A stretch of 64,000 bases of DNA from an uncultured Chloroflexia bacterium (lineage in GTDB: Bacteria > Chloroflexota > Limnocylindria > QHBO01), in assembly GCA_963720505.1 (NCBI GenBank), contig CAVRFT010000002.1, positions 105,589-169,588 of the forward strand. The letters run 5' to 3'. Below the pieces are notes generated by a model. That model searched no databases. It saw nothing but the letters and a program-made list of their open reading frames with translations, and was not told the DNA's origin. How positions within the stretch are numbered: the first letter of the stretch is position 1; every line of letters begins with the position of its first letter. This document shows positions 10,713 to 19,954 of this stretch, piece by piece. Position numbers and translations under genes: made by a program.

Positions 10713-11534
10713 GTGGTGAGCTCAGCGCTACGACTGCTTCTTCCTGCCCTGTGCGTCCTCGCCGCCTGCTCGGCTCAGGGAAACTCGTCAGCTACCACCG
10801 CACCGTCGGAAACCAAACCGGCGGGGACCGCAATCCCGTCCCCAGGCGCGTCGTCCATCCAGACAACGCTGCCTAGCCCGACGGTGGATCAGTCGAGACT
10901 GGCCATCGACGGGTTCGCAGAGGTTGTGACAAGCGATCTCGTTGTCCGGTCAGCGCCAGGAACCGGTCAGGACTCTGACATTCTTGGAACCGTCACCCAT
11001 GTCCCGGTCACCGTTTTGGACGGCCCGGTCCAGGCCAACGGTTACGAATGGTGGCTCATCAGACCGATTGATTCCGATGGGTTCGAACCGCCGCCATCGG
11101 GCTGGGTCGCCGCGGGAGGCCAGGGCGAGGTATGGCTCCGACCGACTGCCCTCAACTGTGAGGATGCTCCCACGAGCGAAAGACTTTGGGCGATGCCATC
11201 TGCTATCTGGGTGGGCTGCTACGCGGGCGAGGAGCTGACGCTTCGCGGCACACTGGACGGCTGTGCGACCGATACCAGCGGAACTGCCTGGCACGATAGC
11301 TGTGCACTCCGCAACTGTTTGCCGGACATCTGTGAACGCCTCTCTGACGACCGGCGCATCATCGTGCACTTTGATGCGTTACCGGCCACGCACGAAGGCC
11401 GAATCGGTGTCACCGGACATTTCGATGATCCGGGGGCCGAGCAGTGCGGCACCGACGGCGATCCGCTTTCACGCCTGGATATGTTCGCGTGTCGCACTCA
11501 CTTCGTGGTGACGTCTCACCGCTTCGCCGACTGA
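10713..11534 (+). CDS. Putative lipoprotein with SH3-like domain and Cys pairs, leaderless
   Basis: TAGGCT 6 nt before GTG; lipobox VLAAC; LVVRSAPG..GPVQANGYEWW..GWVA. Confidence 0.8.
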   Translation: MVSSALRLLLPALCVLAACSAQGNSSATTAPSETKPAGTAIPSPGASSIQTTLPSPTVDQSRLAIDGFAEVVTSDLVVRSAPGTGQDSDILGTVTHVPVTVLDGPVQANGYEWWLIRPIDSDGFEPPPSGWVAAGGQGEVWLRPTALNCEDAPTSERLWAMPSAIWVGCYAGEELTLRGTLDGCATDTSGTAWHDSCALRNCLPDICERLSDDRRIIVHFDALPATHEGRIGVTGHFDDPGAEQCGTDGDPLSRLDMFACRTHFVVTSHRFAD

Positions 11535-11544
11535 AGACGAGGAG

Positions 11545-11570
11545 TAGTGCCGGACGCCAGCCGCTCGCCA
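11545..11570 (+). repeat. Repeat A copy 3 (left half)
   Basis: tagtgccggacgccagccgctcgcca. Confidence 0.75.
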
Positions 11571-11654
11571 GGGGGAACGGGCGGCCGCAGAGCGCCTAGG
11601 AAGGAGCTTGCGGCACCGCGAAACGGGGCAGCGGCTCGGTTCCTGTCTGCGCGG

Positions 11655-13151
11655 TCAGCGATCGGGTCGCGCGGCCTGAATTCGCCACGTCGTGCCGTCG
11701 TAGTGACTCCACACCGCCAGGGCGCTGCGACGGGCGTCTATGGCCACCGGGGGATCTGAGGCCCGCGGGCCTGGCACTGACAGGGTCTGGACCATGCCGA
11801 GGTGGCCCAATGCCGTGCGGCGCCGGAGCTGGATGGATGCGAGGCCCGTCGCGTCGAACAGCTGCCAGACCACCAGCGCGTTATTGGCGGCATCGATCGC
11901 CAGCTGCGGACGGTAGGCCTCGAGGCCGGCCGGCGACAACATCTGTACCGCGTTCAGGCCGCCCGTGGCCGAGCGGCGGCGAAGCTCGATCCTCGGCTTG
12001 GGGCCGTCGTAGCCTTGCCATACCACCAGCGCGGCACCGTTCCCGTTGATCGCAACCTGTGGCAGGTCACCACCTGCCGCTGACAGGGTCTGGACCGCGC
12101 TGAGCGTGCCCGCTGCCGAGCGGCTACACAGCTGGATGCCCCCGACGCCCGACCACACCACCACCGCATTGCTGTTTCGATCGATCGCGACCTGCGGACG
12201 GCTAGCATCTCCACCGGCCGGTGACAGGGTCTGCACCGCGCTGAGGCTGCCGGCGGCCGAGTGGCGGCGGAGCTGAATGCGGTCGTTAGTGCCGTCGTGG
12301 TGCGTCCACACCACTAGCGCGTTGCCGTTGGTGTCCATCGCCAGCTGTGGATACGCGGCGGCCCCGGGAGACAGCGTCCTGATCGGGCCCAGCGTGCCCG
12401 ACGCGGAGCGGCGACGGAGCTGGATACGGTAGGGTCCTGCTTGCTCGGCGCCGGTCCAGACCACCACCGCATTGCCGTGCCGATCGATCGCGACCTGCGG
12501 TCCGTATGCGTCAAACCCGAGGCCGGAGAGGGTCTGCACCGGGCCAAGCGTTCCGGAAACCGCGCGGCGGCGCAGTTGGATGACGTGGTTGTTCCCATTC
12601 CACAGCGTCCACACCACCAGCCCATTGCCGTTCCCATCGAGCGCGACCTGCGGCTGCGAGGCGTCGCGGTGAGCGGGCGACAGGGTCTGGACCGGGCTGA
12701 GGCTGCCCGACGCAAAGCGGCGGCGGAGCTGGATCCGGCCGTGGAAGCCGTCGGAGCGACCCCACACCACCAGCGCGTTGCCCTTGCTGTCGATCGCCAC
12801 TTGCGGCTCGTTTGCATCCCCGGCAAGGGGAGAGATGGTTTCCGCCAATGCCGCCTGCTGCTGACCGGCGAGCGACAGAATCTGTGGATGCGATGTGGCA
12901 ACTCGATCAGGGGCAGCTGCTCCGGTAACCGGAACAGCGGGCAAGGTGAGAGCTCCTGCCACCATCAACGAGACAAGGCCGCGCTCGAGGTGTCTCCTGG
13001 GAGAAGGCATACGGCTCTTCACGGCGTGATGCAGCGGCTGGGAAGCCTCAGTTGATTCCGCGTCCCGTCTTTGCCGCCAGACGATGAAAGCGACAACCTC
13101 GACGGCAACCGCGATGCCGGCGACGGCCCAACGGATCAAGCGCCAGTTCAT
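11655..13151 (-). CDS. Exported protein with 8 tandem ~50-aa repeats (probable beta-propeller)
   Basis: Eight PQ(V/L)A(I/L/M)DxxGNA(L/V)VVW-type repeats. Confidence 0.8.
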   Translation of the reverse strand: MNWRLIRWAVAGIAVAVEVVAFIVWRQRRDAESTEASQPLHHAVKSRMPSPRRHLERGLVSLMVAGALTLPAVPVTGAAAPDRVATSHPQILSLAGQQQAALAETISPLAGDANEPQVAIDSKGNALVVWGRSDGFHGRIQLRRRFASGSLSPVQTLSPAHRDASQPQVALDGNGNGLVVWTLWNGNNHVIQLRRRAVSGTLGPVQTLSGLGFDAYGPQVAIDRHGNAVVVWTGAEQAGPYRIQLRRRSASGTLGPIRTLSPGAAAYPQLAMDTNGNALVVWTHHDGTNDRIQLRRHSAAGSLSAVQTLSPAGGDASRPQVAIDRNSNAVVVWSGVGGIQLCSRSAAGTLSAVQTLSAAGGDLPQVAINGNGAALVVWQGYDGPKPRIELRRRSATGGLNAVQMLSPAGLEAYRPQLAIDAANNALVVWQLFDATGLASIQLRRRTALGHLGMVQTLSVPGPRASDPPVAIDARRSALAVWSHYDGTTWRIQAARPDR

Positions 13152-13263
13152 GGCTGGCCTCCATCTGCACGACTCTCACTGGATCGTTGCCTCTGCGGCT
13201 CAATCCCGCCAGTGCCGAAAGTCATTCCCATGGGATCACTCGGTGCCTGGCCGACGCACACGA

Positions 13264-13333
13264 TAGGGCCGGCGACGCCAGCCGCTCGCCATCCGAGGTA
13301 CAGATGGCCCCGCTGCCACGGAGCGCCGGCCCT
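13264..13333 (+). repeat. Repeat A copy 4 (full)
   Basis: tagggccggcgacgccagccgctcgccatccgaggtacagatggccccgctgccacggagcgccggccct. Confidence 0.95.
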
Positions 13334-13411
13334 GATCAAGACTGGCGCTGGCCGCTTACGCGGCACGCTGCGAACCACGGCCTAGGCATCGCCCTCCAGC
13401 AGCGCGATGTG

Positions 13412-13771
13412 TCACCGCGTCGCCCGAACCTCGTCCATACGAAGCCCGACGATTTGGCGCACGAGGTCAGCCGGGATCGGCTCGTCGGCTGGGAAGCGAA
13501 TAGTTCCTTTGCCATACATGTACGGCTTCAACGCATCGCCCAACTGCGCGGCCATGTGGTCCGACCACGGAAACAGGCTGTAGTGATTCTTGAACGCCTG
13601 GTAGGAGAGGAGAAACCTGCCGTCTAGCCGCAGCGCCGGCATGTTGTAAGCGATCGTTTCGGTCGCTTCCGGCGCGGCCGCCGTTACCGCCCGCCGCAGA
13701 TCCTCCATCGTCGCCCGACGGTCTCGTGGAAGGCCGGCCATGTAGTCGGCGACGCTCGCGTACTTAGTCAC
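13412..13771 (-). CDS. DUF1801/YdhG-like protein
   Basis: SVADYM..APEATETIAYNMP..AFKNHYSLFP..KGTIRFP. Confidence 0.9.
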   Translation of the reverse strand: MTKYASVADYMAGLPRDRRATMEDLRRAVTAAAPEATETIAYNMPALRLDGRFLLSYQAFKNHYSLFPWSDHMAAQLGDALKPYMYGKGTIRFPADEPIPADLVRQIVGLRMDEVRATR

Positions 13772-13820
13772 ACCTACTCATCTCCCACTGAGCTGGTACC
13801 GCGTTGCAGGCAGCGTGTCA

Positions 13821-13843
13821 TGGGCCGGCGCAGCCAGCGGCTC
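13821..13843 (+). repeat. Repeat A copy 5 (left half, overlaps stop of 13842..14231)
   Basis: tgggccggcgcagccagcggctc. Confidence 0.75.
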
Positions 13844-14231
13844 AGTCGGCGGTCGGCGGCATCTGGGAGGCGAACAGCTGCGTCAGATCTGGCGAGGTGA
13901 TCGGGTCGTCTTCGACGATCTTGCCATCTGCGAGCCGGTAGTACGTCAGGCCGCGGGCGACGATCGGCTCACCATTGTCCGGGGTGATCACGTAGCTGAA
14001 GCGGGCCACCACCGAATCTCCCTCGGCGACTAGGTCTCTGATTTCCATCCGGCTACCGGGACCGGCGGAGGCGACGTTCAGCCATGCCTTGAAACTGGCG
14101 CGGTCCATATCCCCCATCCCGCGATTCACATAGTCCGCACCAAGCAGGTCGTCAACAAGGTCGACCTGGCCACCGACCAGAACGTCATTGATGAACCGTC
14201 GGACGACCGCCTTGTTCTGTTCCGTGGACAT
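13842..14231 (-). CDS. SnoaL/NTF2-like ester cyclase family protein
   Basis: MSTEQNKAVVRRF..DLVAEGDSVVARF..DGKIVE; GGAGG RBS. Confidence 0.9.
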   Translation of the reverse strand: MSTEQNKAVVRRFINDVLVGGQVDLVDDLLGADYVNRGMGDMDRASFKAWLNVASAGPGSRMEIRDLVAEGDSVVARFSYVITPDNGEPIVARGLTYYRLADGKIVEDDPITSPDLTQLFASQMPPTAD

Positions 14232-14282
14232 GCATTGGCCTCCCTAGAGCTGGCGATAGAGCGGTGGCATGGACGCACATGG

Positions 14283-14311
14283 TAGGGCGGGCGACGCCAG
14301 CCGCTCGCCAT
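14283..14311 (+). repeat. Repeat A copy 6 (left half)
   Basis: tagggcgggcgacgccagccgctcgccat. Confidence 0.85.
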
Positions 14312-14599
14312 AAGAGGATGGAGGCGCTGCAGCGCATCGGCTGGCAGTGACCTTTGGCCCGGAAGACAGTGCCGCTTGCCACCTGTGCTGTGCTCTTCGT
14401 CGGCCGATGATCAACTCGGCGACCGTCGAATCGCCGTCAATCACAAAGCTGCTCGCACAGCGAATCCCGCCAAGAACCAGGCTGGCACGGGCGAGGCCGT
14501 TCCTGGATGCAGCGGGTGTGGGGCGGCGATTCGGCGGTCTTCATCTGGCCGCCGTCGATCGTCGTGGCTCGTGTTGATTCATGAAAAGGAGATAGACCT

Positions 14600-14878
14600 G
14601 TGACTACCACCGCAGCCTTCTCACGAGATGACGTCGCCGCCCTGGCCGCTGAACTGGGAGTGGCGGACGAGGTGGACCTGGAGCAACTCCGTGCCGGGAT
14701 GGAAGTCGAGCTGGAGCATGGTCGCCGCGACCCGCTCACCAACGTGACCGGCGACGACCCGCTGCTCACAGCGAAGATCGCACTGGCCCACCTGCGCGAG
14801 CTGCCCGAGTACTACGTGCGTCTGGCGGTCATGGAGGCCGCCGCTGAGGGCCGCCCGCCTGCCGTGGGCGACCGCTAA
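14600..14878 (+). CDS. DUF5661-like small protein
   Basis: GMEVELEHG..TNVT..KIALAHLRELPEYY; AGGAG RBS. Confidence 0.85.
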   Translation: MTTTAAFSRDDVAALAAELGVADEVDLEQLRAGMEVELEHGRRDPLTNVTGDDPLLTAKIALAHLRELPEYYVRLAVMEAAAEGRPPAVGDR

Positions 14879-14889
14879 ATCCGCTTTGG

Positions 14890-14955
14890 TGGGCCGGCGA
14901 CGCCAGCCGCTCACCATCTCACGGGAGGGCCGCGCTGCCACGGATCGCCGGCCCA
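14890..14955 (+). repeat. Repeat A copy 7 (full, extension to ~14991)
   Basis: tgggccggcgacgccagccgctcaccatctcacgggagggccgcgctgccacggatcgccggccca. Confidence 0.9.
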
Positions 14956-15000
14956 GGCGATGTTGTCAGTGGCCGCTTACCCAACGGCTTATCGGGGCCA

Positions 15001-15348
15001 TTACCTCATCGCCGAGCAATACTCGTGCGGGATCAGACAGTTTCCCCAAGACACGTAGAGCAAGAACGTCACGCCGAGCACGGCGATCACGATGGTGGCG
15101 GTCCGCCCCAAAGCTGAGCCGTTGAAGGCGTACCACAGCAGCCCGACCACGACCGCCAGGCCAACCGTCACCATCCCGTTGGTGCTGATGACAGTGTCCA
15201 CCATCCCCTCTGGCATCCCCGCGCCGAACGCATCGGCACTGGGCAGGAACTGGGACACCAGGATCGGGACCGCCACGCCCAGCATCACCAAGACACTGGC
15301 CGTGGCCGCTCCGAGGAGCCGCGAGGACTGCTGACTCAACGCTCCCAC
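15001..15348 (-). CDS. Hypothetical membrane protein (3 TM; cargo of B2)
   Basis: 115-aa hydrophobic ORF starting 8 nt after the B2 stop. Confidence 0.7.
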   Translation of the reverse strand: MGALSQQSSRLLGAATASVLVMLGVAVPILVSQFLPSADAFGAGMPEGMVDTVISTNGMVTVGLAVVVGLLWYAFNGSALGRTATIVIAVLGVTFLLYVSWGNCLIPHEYCSAMR

Positions 15349-15356
15349 GTCCCCGC

Positions 15357-15581
15357 CTAGCCCGTACTAGACCCGCGTCGCTCCCGCAGCTGGTCGCTGA
15401 GCCTCTGCAGGGCCAGGTATTCCCATCGCCCCACCCCGCTGGCGTAGTCATCGAAGGCCGGACCCTCGGCGACCGATACCCACTCCTGGCCGAACCGCCA
15501 CACGCCAAGGATCTGCCAGCCGAGCGGCAGCGATGCCTCAGCGGATATTCAGGCTTGCGAGAGGGCGCCCAAGGGTGCCAT
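15357..15581 (-). pseudogene. Repeat B copy 2 (full length, codon 11 TGG>TGA)
   Basis: MAPLGALSQA*ISAEASLPLGWQILGVWRFGQEWVSVAEGPAFDDYASGVGRWEYLALQRLSDQLRERRGSSTG*; TAGACT 6 nt upstream of ATG. Confidence 0.9.
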
Positions 15582-15713
15582 CCACGAAGTCTATGACCTT
15601 CGGCTCCGATTCTTCAGGTTGTACGACTCTGGCGTGATTGGCTGAAGAGCGCGATGTTGGCCAAGGCGACGACGCGGTTTTGGTCGTCGACACCCAAAGG
15701 AGGGGTAACAGTC

Positions 15714-16148
15714 ATGTCAAAGCCAACAGTCACCAAGGTCTTCCTGAGCAGCATCGTAGCGGTGATCGCCGGCGTCGTCCTGGGATTCGCTGCCGTCTGG
15801 TACGCGTACATCAACGACGCCTTTGTGATGAACGGGCCCGACGTCGTTGGGATTCAAGCGACGCCGGCGGCGTGGGGTATGGTCGGCTTGGCATTCGTCG
15901 CGGTGTTGACCATCGTTGGCGGATTCGTCGGCGGGCTCGTCTCCTGGATCGGAGCACTGCTGAACACTGCCCAACTCGAGGACAAGACGTGGTTCGTCGT
16001 GCTCCTGGTCCTGGGCGTGCTCAGCTTTGGCCTCGTGGCGATGATCGCGTATGTCATCGGCGGGCCGGACGGAACCAAGCCGAAGGATGCCCGGATGGGC
16101 GCCATCACTGCCGCGACATCCACTGTGGTGATGAATCCCAAGACCTGA
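15714..16148 (+). CDS. Hypothetical membrane protein
   Basis: AAGGAGG RBS; SWIGALLNTAQLEDKTWF..AYVIGGPDG. Confidence 0.8.
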   Translation: MSKPTVTKVFLSSIVAVIAGVVLGFAAVWYAYINDAFVMNGPDVVGIQATPAAWGMVGLAFVAVLTIVGGFVGGLVSWIGALLNTAQLEDKTWFVVLLVLGVLSFGLVAMIAYVIGGPDGTKPKDARMGAITAATSTVVMNPKT

Positions 16149-16217
16149 ACCAACACACGATGCGGTTCGCCCACTCACGGTGCGTGGGCGGGCCGCACCG
16201 TCGCGTTCGGCGGCCTT

Positions 16218-16283
16218 TAGGGCCGGGCCGCCAGCCGCTCGCCATCCGAGATACAGATGGCCACGCTGCCACGGAGCGCGGCC
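16218..16283 (+). repeat. Repeat A copy 8 (full)
   Basis: tagggccgggccgccagccgctcgccatccgagatacagatggccacgctgccacggagcgcggcc. Confidence 0.92.
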
Positions 16284-16287
16284 AACC

Positions 16288-16725
16288 TCACTCAACGCCT
16301 CTGACACCGTAGCTGGCCTCCACACAAACCAACGCGCCGTAGGCTTGGACCGAGCCCGCGACGGTGCCAACGTCGACAGGTAATCCGTCCTTTGCCGCGG
16401 CATGCCAGTTTGTGGATATCTTCGCCACGCTGTTGACGGCGTAGAACGGGCCGTCTCGAAGTTCATCCACCGCCCACAATCCGATGTCGCCCTCCCCCAT
16501 GAAGTCTCCTCCGTCGATTTCTGCTGCGACGACGAAGTCGAAGTCCGAACTCGGCGGCAGCGCCACTGCGTACGCGTGGTGGAGGAACTCCCCGCCCTGG
16601 ACGGCGAGTCGCTCGGAGATCGCCGTTTCGGACTCCGGCGCGGATATGCACTCGGCGTTTGTACCGGCATCGCCGCACGCGACGAGTGCCAGGGCGAGCA
16701 CGGGAGCCGCGACGAGTCGGGCCAT
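16288..16725 (-). CDS. Putative lipoprotein, leaderless
   Basis: TACTAT 7 nt before ATG; MARLVAAPVLALALVAC lipobox. Confidence 0.8.
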   Translation of the reverse strand: MARLVAAPVLALALVACGDAGTNAECISAPESETAISERLAVQGGEFLHHAYAVALPPSSDFDFVVAAEIDGGDFMGEGDIGLWAVDELRDGPFYAVNSVAKISTNWHAAAKDGLPVDVGTVAGSVQAYGALVCVEASYGVRGVE

Positions 16726-16736
16726 AGGCTCAATAG

Positions 16737-16804
16737 TAGGGCCGCCGACGCCAGCCGCTCGCCAATCCTGGGGGATGGTCACGCTGCCACGGAGCGCCGG
16801 CCCT
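16737..16804 (+). repeat. Repeat A copy 9 (full, extension to 16840)
   Basis: tagggccgccgacgccagccgctcgccaatcctgggggatggtcacgctgccacggagcgccggccct. Confidence 0.92.
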
Positions 16805-16837
16805 GGGTGATGCTGGCAGTGACCGCTTGCTGGCGGC

Positions 16838-17218
16838 TTAGATGCAACCGCCAGGCTCGGCGTCAATCCCCTCAAGCCACGGACGCAGCGGCACCTCCGT
16901 TCCCCCGGAGCTGGTGTAGATGGCCGTGTCGGGGTCGCGGAGCACGATGCTGCCGTGGTCCCAGACGGAATTGCCGTCGGTCACCTTCACATCGGCCCCA
17001 ACCACCAACGCCCCGGTGGGCACCTCCGCCGGTATCCAGACCGCGCCATTGATGTAGACCAGCTGAAGGCCGCAGTGGACCGATGCGGTGTGCGGGTAGT
17101 GCACGCCGATGGCCGGGTTTTGCAGGTTCGAGTTGTGCTCGGGAGTTGGCGAGGCAAGCAGGCCTTGGCATCCCGTCGTCAGGACGGCAGCAATGGCGAG
17201 GAGGAACCCCTTCGTCAT
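16838..17218 (-). CDS. Putative lipoprotein
   Basis: MTKGFLLAIAAVLTTGC lipobox; HCG motif; ATGA overlap with the upstream gene. Confidence 0.8.
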   Translation of the reverse strand: MTKGFLLAIAAVLTTGCQGLLASPTPEHNSNLQNPAIGVHYPHTASVHCGLQLVYINGAVWIPAEVPTGALVVGADVKVTDGNSVWDHGSIVLRDPDTAIYTSSGGTEVPLRPWLEGIDAEPGGCI

Positions 17219-17574
17219 GATTCGTCCCAGCAAGGGACTTCCTGCTCGAACTCGACGCCCGTGTCCCTGAGGAAGGCCGTGACCGTGCACCGATCCACAT
17301 AGCCCCACAGCGCCTGCTCCATCTCGAGCCGCTCGATGTCTAGGGCGTCAAGCCCGTCGGGGTATTCGAGGTCCTTGCGGAGGATGGTGACTCCCCATGC
17401 TCCACATGCGGGGATCCCCTCGGAGGTGAAGTGGTTGTCGGTATGCGTCGACCCGTCGCACTCGAACTCGGTTGGCACCCCCGCCAGTGACGTCGCACTG
17501 CCGGAGTGGTACAGGCTGGCGGCGACAAGCAGGCCAACCACCGCCGCCCCGATGTACGTCACTGCAACGCGCAT
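17215..17574 (-). CDS. Exported hypothetical protein (cargo of B3)
   Basis: N-terminal hydrophobic segment, 4 Cys; TGATG overlap with B3. Confidence 0.75.
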   Translation of the reverse strand: MRVAVTYIGAAVVGLLVAASLYHSGSATSLAGVPTEFECDGSTHTDNHFTSEGIPACGAWGVTILRKDLEYPDGLDALDIERLEMEQALWGYVDRCTVTAFLRDTGVEFEQEVPCWDES

Positions 17575-17798
17575 CAGCCTGTCGTCGACCCGCGCCGCTC
17601 GCGCAGCCGGTCACTCAGCCGCTGCAGGGCTAGGTATTCCCATCGGCCTACGCCGCTGGCGTAGTCATCGATAGCCGGACCTTCGGCCACCGATACCCAC
17701 TCCTCGCCGAACCGCCAGACGCCAAGGATCTGCCAGCCGAGCGGCAGCGAAGCCTCAGCCGAGGTCCAAGCTTGGGAGAAGGCGCCGAGCGCGGTCAT
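17574..17798 (-). CDS. Repeat B copy 3: intact 74-aa small protein
   Basis: MTALGAFSQAWTSAEASLPLGWQILGVWRFGEEWVSVAEGPAIDDYASGVGRWEYLALQRLSDRLRERRGSTTG; start and stop both overlap neighbouring genes. Confidence 0.85.
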   Translation of the reverse strand: MTALGAFSQAWTSAEASLPLGWQILGVWRFGEEWVSVAEGPAIDDYASGVGRWEYLALQRLSDRLRERRGSTTG

Positions 17799-18472
17799 GA
17801 GGAGGCCAGGACCCGGATTGCGCCGTTGTGGAACCGGACACACAACTGGGTCCGGCCCGCGACGTCGCGAAGGAATAGCCGGGCCCGGTTGATGTTTGGC
17901 GCCTGGGGGTTGGCGATCTCCGCCAGTTCGATGAAGCGGTTGGTGAAGACCTTGCCGTCGAAGTAACCCGCCCAGCCGTCGTCGCTGCTGCCGCGGACGC
18001 CTTGACCCTTGGGGCTGTGGCCCCACACGCCCTTGCTTAAGGTGTCCTGGGCCGCGTACCCATATACGCCGGTCTTGCGATTGCCGACTGGCGGCGTAGC
18101 GGAACTATTGCCGCTGTAGCCGACGACCCCAGTGTGGTTCCCGTCTCCCTCTCCCCGGATGGCCGGCTGATTCGTCGCGAACGTGCGGCCGACGATACCC
18201 ACGTATTGCTGACTGGCTCCAAACAGGCCCCCTCCAACGACGCATTGCGCCCCGAGACCCACGCCACCGTCCGGATTGGTGTTCACCAAGCTGGTGTTGC
18301 TGGTCGATGTGTTGTCCACCCCGATAATCAGCGGATCACCGCTGGCGGCCTGCGCCGGATTGGCGCGACTGGCGACACCGACCGCCCAGGCGCCGACGCC
18401 GCCAAGGGCGCCGGCCAGCAGGGCTCGACGGCTGCGCGGCTTGGACGTGGAGGTTTGAATGGGCGCGGTCAT
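17795..18472 (-). CDS. Tat-exported Gly-rich protein
   Basis: GGAGGAG RBS; SRRALLAG twin-arginine signal with AQA site; G(V/I)xG repeats. Confidence 0.8.
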   Translation of the reverse strand: MTAPIQTSTSKPRSRRALLAGALGGVGAWAVGVASRANPAQAASGDPLIIGVDNTSTSNTSLVNTNPDGGVGLGAQCVVGGGLFGASQQYVGIVGRTFATNQPAIRGEGDGNHTGVVGYSGNSSATPPVGNRKTGVYGYAAQDTLSKGVWGHSPKGQGVRGSSDDGWAGYFDGKVFTNRFIELAEIANPQAPNINRARLFLRDVAGRTQLCVRFHNGAIRVLASS

Positions 18473-18569
18473 AGCCGACTCCTCCGTGCCTCGCGGCGCA
18501 CTGCTGACATTCCAGTGCGCCTGCAATCACGCAAAGGCTAAGCCCGTCGTCCATGCCCAAGCGCCGCCT

Positions 18570-18594
18570 CACGCTGCCCACGGAGCGCCGGCCC
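18570..18594 (+). repeat. Repeat A copy 10 (right half)
   Basis: cacgctgcccacggagcgccggccc. Confidence 0.8.
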
Positions 18595-18613
18595 ACGCGG
18601 ATTCTCCAGTCGC

Positions 18614-19174
18614 TTAGTGGCTTGCGTGTACGCGACCGTCCAACCCGTCGAGGAATTCCTCAGCTGCCCGTTTGGACCCGAGCGCGTGAAGGACCGCGTG
18701 CTGCCCGCACTGCGAGATGATCTCGTGTTCGCGCTGGGGCTCTGACCGGCGGTTCCGCCAGATGACGATGGCCAACCGCCACTCGTCGCGCAACCGTCGC
18801 CAGGACGAATCGTCGCACCCTTCGGGCATCTCCCCAACCGGCTTCCGCAGGCCGCGCAGGAACGCGCGTCCGGCGCACACCCACCAGGGCGTGTCGAGAA
18901 TGACAACGGTGTCCGCGCGTTTGAGGCGGAGGTCGAGTGTCTCGTGGTAGTTGCCGTCGGCGATCCACGCGGCGCCGGCGAGCAGGCCGCTTTGCTTCTC
19001 GCGCCACTCGAGCTCCGACGGCGCAACCCAGCCAGGCTTCCAGAAATGGAGGTCGAGATGAATGACCGGCAAGCCGGTCTTCGCCGCAAGCGAGCGTGAG
19101 AAGGTGCTCTTCCCGGACCCTGCCATCCCAGTCACGAGGACCCGGCGGCCTATCTCCCTGGCGGCATCGCTCAT
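18614..19174 (-). CDS. P-loop kinase-like protein (adenylate kinase/FlaR-like)
   Basis: GMAGSGKST, HLDLHFWKPGW, WIADGNY. Confidence 0.9.
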   Translation of the reverse strand: MSDAAREIGRRVLVTGMAGSGKSTFSRSLAAKTGLPVIHLDLHFWKPGWVAPSELEWREKQSGLLAGAAWIADGNYHETLDLRLKRADTVVILDTPWWVCAGRAFLRGLRKPVGEMPEGCDDSSWRRLRDEWRLAIVIWRNRRSEPQREHEIISQCGQHAVLHALGSKRAAEEFLDGLDGRVHASH

Positions 19175-19315
19175 CGGCGTCAGTGTCCCTCAAGTGCTGC
19201 AGCAGGCCCATCACCTCGCCGCAAGCAACGGCCTGCGCCGCCCGGTTATGGGCACAAGCCGGGTACGAAACCTTGGGCTGCGCGAGGGTACCAATATGCC
19301 CGCTACACCGTAGAA

Positions 19316-19381
19316 GCCGGCGACGCCAGCCGCTCGCCATCCGAGGTACAGATGGCCAGGCTGCCACGGAGCGCCGGCCCT
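19316..19381 (+). repeat. Repeat A copy 11 (full, extension to 19417)
   Basis: gccggcgacgccagccgctcgccatccgaggtacagatggccaggctgccacggagcgccggccct. Confidence 0.95.
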
Positions 19382-19414
19382 GGTCGATGATGGCGGTGGC
19401 CCCTTATCGGCGGC

Positions 19415-19861
19415 TTATTGCCGCGACGCCTGTCGCTCTAGCAATTCCTTGAGAACCGGGAGGCCTGCGGCGATTTCGCGTCTCAGGCTAGCGGCGATCA
19501 GCGGCGTCGCGAGTCGAGACAGTCCGCCCGGCTGCATCTCGACTATGGACGTCACCTTCGTACCGTCGGGCGTCGCTTCGAATAGGTACGTGCCTTGGCC
19601 CTGCATGGGACCTGACGCGAACCGGAACTGGACCTTCCGGTTCGGCTCGTATGCCACGAACTCGTTGGCGGCCTCCATCTTCCGCCCCATGAACTGACGG
19701 ACGAACACGTATCGCGTGCCTACGCCGACGGGGCCGTCGGTCAGTTTCCGCGCCTCCAAGAGCTGGGCCTGCCAAGCGGCCGAGTGAGTGAGGTCAGTCA
19801 CATACGCGAAGACTTCCTCGATGGGGCGGCGGATGATAACGCTGCCGTGCTCCTTGACCAT
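19415..19861 (-). CDS. SRPBCC/polyketide cyclase family protein
   Basis: IIRRPIEEVFAYVTD..GPVGVGTRY..YEPNR; GGAGG RBS. Confidence 0.9.
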   Translation of the reverse strand: MVKEHGSVIIRRPIEEVFAYVTDLTHSAAWQAQLLEARKLTDGPVGVGTRYVFVRQFMGRKMEAANEFVAYEPNRKVQFRFASGPMQGQGTYLFEATPDGTKVTSIVEMQPGGLSRLATPLIAASLRREIAAGLPVLKELLERQASRQ

Positions 19862-19908
19862 CCAGCCTTCCTCCAATCTCCGAATCCAGTCATGAGCATC
19901 TCGAGTTG

Positions 19909-19954
19909 GCCGGCCCTGGTCGATGGTGGCGGTGGCCGCTCACCGGCCCGCTTA
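19909..19954 (+). repeat. Repeat A copy 12 (right tip plus extension)
   Basis: gccggccctggtcgatggtggcggtggccgctcaccggcccgctta, close match to 19373-19417. Confidence 0.8.
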
